Source: Octopus bimaculoides
Lineage: Eukaryota
Direction: 5' to 3'
Assembly (NCBI RefSeq): GCF_001194135.2
Contig: NC_068999.1
Location: 16,863,525 to 16,903,010, forward strand
Length of the DNA stretch: 39,486 nucleotides
In this document: one piece after another, positions 36,393 through 39,486 of the stretch
Numbering within the stretch: position 1 is the stretch's first letter
How the letters are laid out: each line of letters starts with the position of its first letter
Notes under the pieces: generated by a model
The model's input: the letters and a program-made list of their open reading frames with translations, nothing else
Told to the model about the DNA's origin: nothing
Database searches by the model: none
Made by a program: the position numbers and the translations under genes

Positions 36393-36824
36393 TGAACAAC
36401 AACATTTAACTTAATTTCTCCCTGGAAAACTCTGCTTGAAATTCAAAATAATTCTGTTCTCAAAATTGTTATCCACGTCCACCATGCACTAAACGTCCTT
36501 ATAACTACTTGCCAGGTGAAGTTCTTTCATGCCAAATGAAATCAATGGGTTTGTTTTCACGATAGACGCAACTCACAACCAGAACTGCACTGGAGGTGAG
36601 AAAAACAATTCGACAAAAGCCCGCAAACAAAAAAGCAAAGACTCTAAGAGAGTGCATGCCGAATAGTCTCTGCAATCTTCGTAAATATCTGTTCCTGGAG
36701 CCTACGGTATGACTGTGCCCGACCTGGTTCTCTTTACTGAAATGCCCTTTTAGCCGTATCAGGTCAAGATCTTCTGCCACCTCGCCGCCTTAACAACAGT
36801 AACAACAACAAAAATATTAATCCT

Positions 36825-37035
36825 TTCTACTATAGCCTCAAGGCCTGACATTTCGAGTGAGGGGGTGAGACTACTACATCAACTCCATTACTCAACTAAT
36901 ACTTAATTTATCGACCACGAAAGCATGAAAAGGAAAGTAGACCCCGGCGGAATTTGAACTCGTAACATAAAGACAGACGAAATACCGCTAAGCATTTTGC
37001 CTAGCGTACTAACGATTCTGTCAGCTCGCCGCCTT
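36825..37035 (-). mobile_element. SINE family A copy (plus an isolated head at 36771-36791)
   Basis: atacttaatttatcgaccacgaaagcatgaaaaggaaagtagaccccggcggaatttgaactc...cagctcgccgcctt. Confidence 0.9.
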
Positions 37036-37092
37036 AATAATAACAACAACAACAGCAACAGCAGCAGCAGTAGTAGTAGTAGTAGTAAAAAA

Positions 37093-37133
<41 letters not shown>

Positions 37134-37141
37134 TAATAATA

Positions 37142-37372
37142 CATCCTTAAACAAACCTTATTCAGGGACCTTTTGAGCGGGATGGGCGACCCGACCTGAA
37201 GAAAATTCTAACTGGGCCTCATCTGCGAGGTCATGCGTTCTTTATCTTGATATGAGATCATCTTGTCGCACACATATGGTTGTGATGCATGTGCCTGGTA
37301 TACCCTGGGTCTATTGGGCTTCGTATATTTTACCCCAGTGTCACTTTCATGGCATGCACTGCTCTCTCGCTC

Positions 37373-37427
<55 letters not shown>
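37142..37427 (+). mobile_element. Retroposon family C with (AAT)n tail, embedded in (AAT)n
   Basis: Homologous to 11428-11695 with an internal deletion of roughly 20 bp; (AAT)n on both sides. Confidence 0.85.
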
Positions 37428-37456
<29 letters not shown>

Positions 37457-37489
37457 AAGAAGAAGAAGAAGAAGAAGAAGCCTTGGTGC

Positions 37490-37694
37490 TATAGGTGCAA
37501 GTCTTGAAATTTGGGTGGAAAGGCCTAGTCGATTAAATCCAATCTAGTGTCCGACTGGTACTTTATTTTATCGACTCCAAAAGGATGAAAAGTAAAGTCA
37601 TTCTCGGTGGATTTTGAACTCATAACGTAAAGACGGTCGAAGTTCTGCTAAGCATTTTGACCGGCGTTCGAACGATACTGCTAGCTGGCAACTT
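37490..37694 (-). mobile_element. SINE family A copy
   Basis: gactggtactttattttatcgactccaaaaggatgaaaagtaaagtc...tgaactcataacgtaaagac...gctaagcattttgaccggcg. Confidence 0.85.
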
Positions 37695-38194
37695 TAACCA
37701 CATTGATAATAATACTAATAACAATAAGAAAAGTTATATTTATTGTACCTACACTCGTTGGTTCTCTCGACTCTTAATGTATTATAAATTTTTAATGCTT
37801 TTATCATTCATAGTGATATTTCAGCAACACATATCTCATACTTAAACATGTATACATCATATTTTAATTCACCACAATAAAGAACAACAGGAAAATATGT
37901 TATAATAAACCGTTTATTAATAATATATATACCTGCAACTACTAGAGTATCAAGTATTCAGCTGCAAATACTCCAAATGCATTACGTTTATTATGAATTT
38001 CTATAGACTTCTCATACTATATATAAGAGTTTAAAATACGTGCAGTTATTGGATTCTGCAGCGGTTACTCTATTGTATGTAATTTTCCATTGATAATTTG
38101 TTTGACTATCATTCATGCTAATACAGGAAATGTATATTTGCATGGTAATAGAGATGATAATGGGTTCACATGCACTCATTGATTTTAAAGTTTG

Positions 38195-38545
38195 GCGCAA
38201 AGTCATCAATTTCGGGTTATGGTGTAAGTGGACTACACCGACTCCAGTGTTCAACAGGTACTTGCTTTATTGAATCCAGTGTTCAGCAGATACAGTAATT
38301 CTTCGCCATATCGCAGTTTACCTATCACGCACTCAGTATATCGAGGATTTTTCTTGCTAATATATATTTATATCGCGGAATCCTCAGTATATGGCGGGTT
38401 TCTGCAACCGATAGGTACCAAATGTTTTTTTAGATTTTAATTATTTCTGTGGGAGGGTTTGGAACGTTACACCCGCGATAGTCGAGGAATTACTGTACTT
38501 ATTTTATCGAACCAAGAATGGATGAAAGCTAGAGTCGGCCTGAGA
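38195..38545 (-). mobile_element. SINE family A copy interrupted by a MITE
   Basis: ctccagtgttcaacaggtactt...gaTA [MITE] TActtattttatcgaaccaagaatggatgaaagctagagtcggcc. Confidence 0.75.
38293..38495. mobile_element. Tigger/pogo-type MITE, 203 bp, TA target-site duplication
   Basis: TA(38291-38292)-cagtaattcttcgccatatcgcag ... ccgcgatagtcgaggaattactg-TA(38496-38497); ~23-bp TIRs beginning CAGT. Confidence 0.88.
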
Positions 38546-38564
38546 AGGTGAAGAAGGACGAAAT

Positions 38565-38800
38565 GCCTATTTCGTTATTGCCCACAAGGGGCTAAACATA
38601 GAGGGAACAAACAAGAACAGACGAACGGATTAAGTCGATTACAACGTCCCCAGTGCGTAACTGGTACTTAATTTATCGACCCTGAAAGGATGAAAGGCAA
38701 AGTCGACCTCGGCGGAATTTGAACTCAGAACGTAACGGCAGACGAAATACCGCTAAGCATTTCGCCCGGCGTGCTAACGTTTCTGCCAGCTCACCGCCTT
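38565..38800 (-). mobile_element. SINE family A, best-preserved (young) copy
   Basis: Minus strand aaggcggtgagctggcagaaacgttagcacgccgggcgaaatgcttagcggtatttcgtctgccgttacgttctgagttcaaattccgccgaggtcgactttgcctttcatcctttcagggtcgataaattaagtaccag. The central part resembles Meta/MESC-type SINE domains (from memory). Confidence 0.95.
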
Positions 38801-38999
38801 CAACATAGGCACTCATATTAATTATTCTTAAATCTTATGCACAACCAAATTGTATATATTTCATGCCTTAAATACTAGGTACGAAAGTACGCAAACGTTA
38901 TATACATATATATGAATACATGCACCATTATATACAATTATTTTGCTTAACGTTTTAGGTGTCTATAATCTAGAGAAAATACACACATTCTCATCACAC

Positions 39000-39348
39000 C
39001 TCCTCAGATGACTCAAAAAGGAAAATGCAATACTGCAATTTGACATTTGCGTGGAAAAATCGTTGCACAGAAATACAGCTGTGACGTATTTACCCTGAGA
39101 ACCATGAAGCATATAAATTCAACAAGGACACAATCCAGTGCGATAATGAAACTTATGACCTCACGATCATGAACCCAACATCCTACACATCAAACCTCAT
39201 CACTACATTCCCAACTACACCTACACGTATGTGAATATGTATAAATATGTGTGTGCGCGCGCACACACAAACACAATATATTTTTACAAGACGTTAGGGT
39301 TGTAATATCTTCGAAATTTCGGCCGGCTAGCCTTTATCAGATTGAAGA
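39000..39348. mobile_element. Possible decayed Penelope-like end (GIY-YIG tail relic on +, degenerate hammerhead on -)
   Basis: Plus-strand TAI*HLRGKIVAQKYSCDVFTL and EAYKFNK weakly resemble the PLE endonuclease end. Minus 39348-39308: tcttcaat-CTGATAA-A-GGC-tagccg-GCC-GAAA-tttc-gaaga. Confidence 0.28.
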
Positions 39349-39486
39349 AGTGTAACATGATGTAACTTCGAATTCACTTGTAGCACTGTTCTTGTAATAT
39401 ATACACTATGTATTTTACAAAACTAATGAGTAACCCGTCAGTACAATGTAAAATTGTTTAGCGTATAACTCGATATAAAAACAAAC

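Noticed and set aside
36505-36780. 91-aa minus-strand ORF with a hydrophobic stretch
   Set aside because: It starts inside a SINE head fragment, with no recognisable family and no convincing splice sites.

Overview
AT-rich, repeat-saturated eukaryotic DNA. The SINE families and microsatellite density look like a cephalopod (octopus) genome; this is recognition from memory, not a database result. There are seven N-gaps, six of them inside or beside microsatellites or SINEs. No host protein-coding gene can be identified; most ORFs in the track are microsatellite translations or antisense shadows of transposon relics. The window holds about 19 pieces of one SINE family and three other short retroposon families. 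It also holds fossils of Tc1, Tigger/pogo (an intact MITE with TA duplication), Merlin, mariner, R4/Dong-type (RLE) LINEs, a CR1/L2-like RT, Penelope-like elements and possibly Helitrons. Most notable: (1) a ~2 kb inverted segmental duplication at 17283-19275 with ~650 bp arms; (2) a Penelope-type minimal hammerhead ribozyme at 36223-36268, inside a perfect 34-bp inverted repeat and inactivated by one core change; (3) a Merlin-like element whose subterminal repeats are perfect RFX X-boxes; (4) retroposons embedded in (AAT)n tracts; (5) a duplicated exon-like unit with a speculative phase-compatible exon chain at 8.9-10.9 kb.
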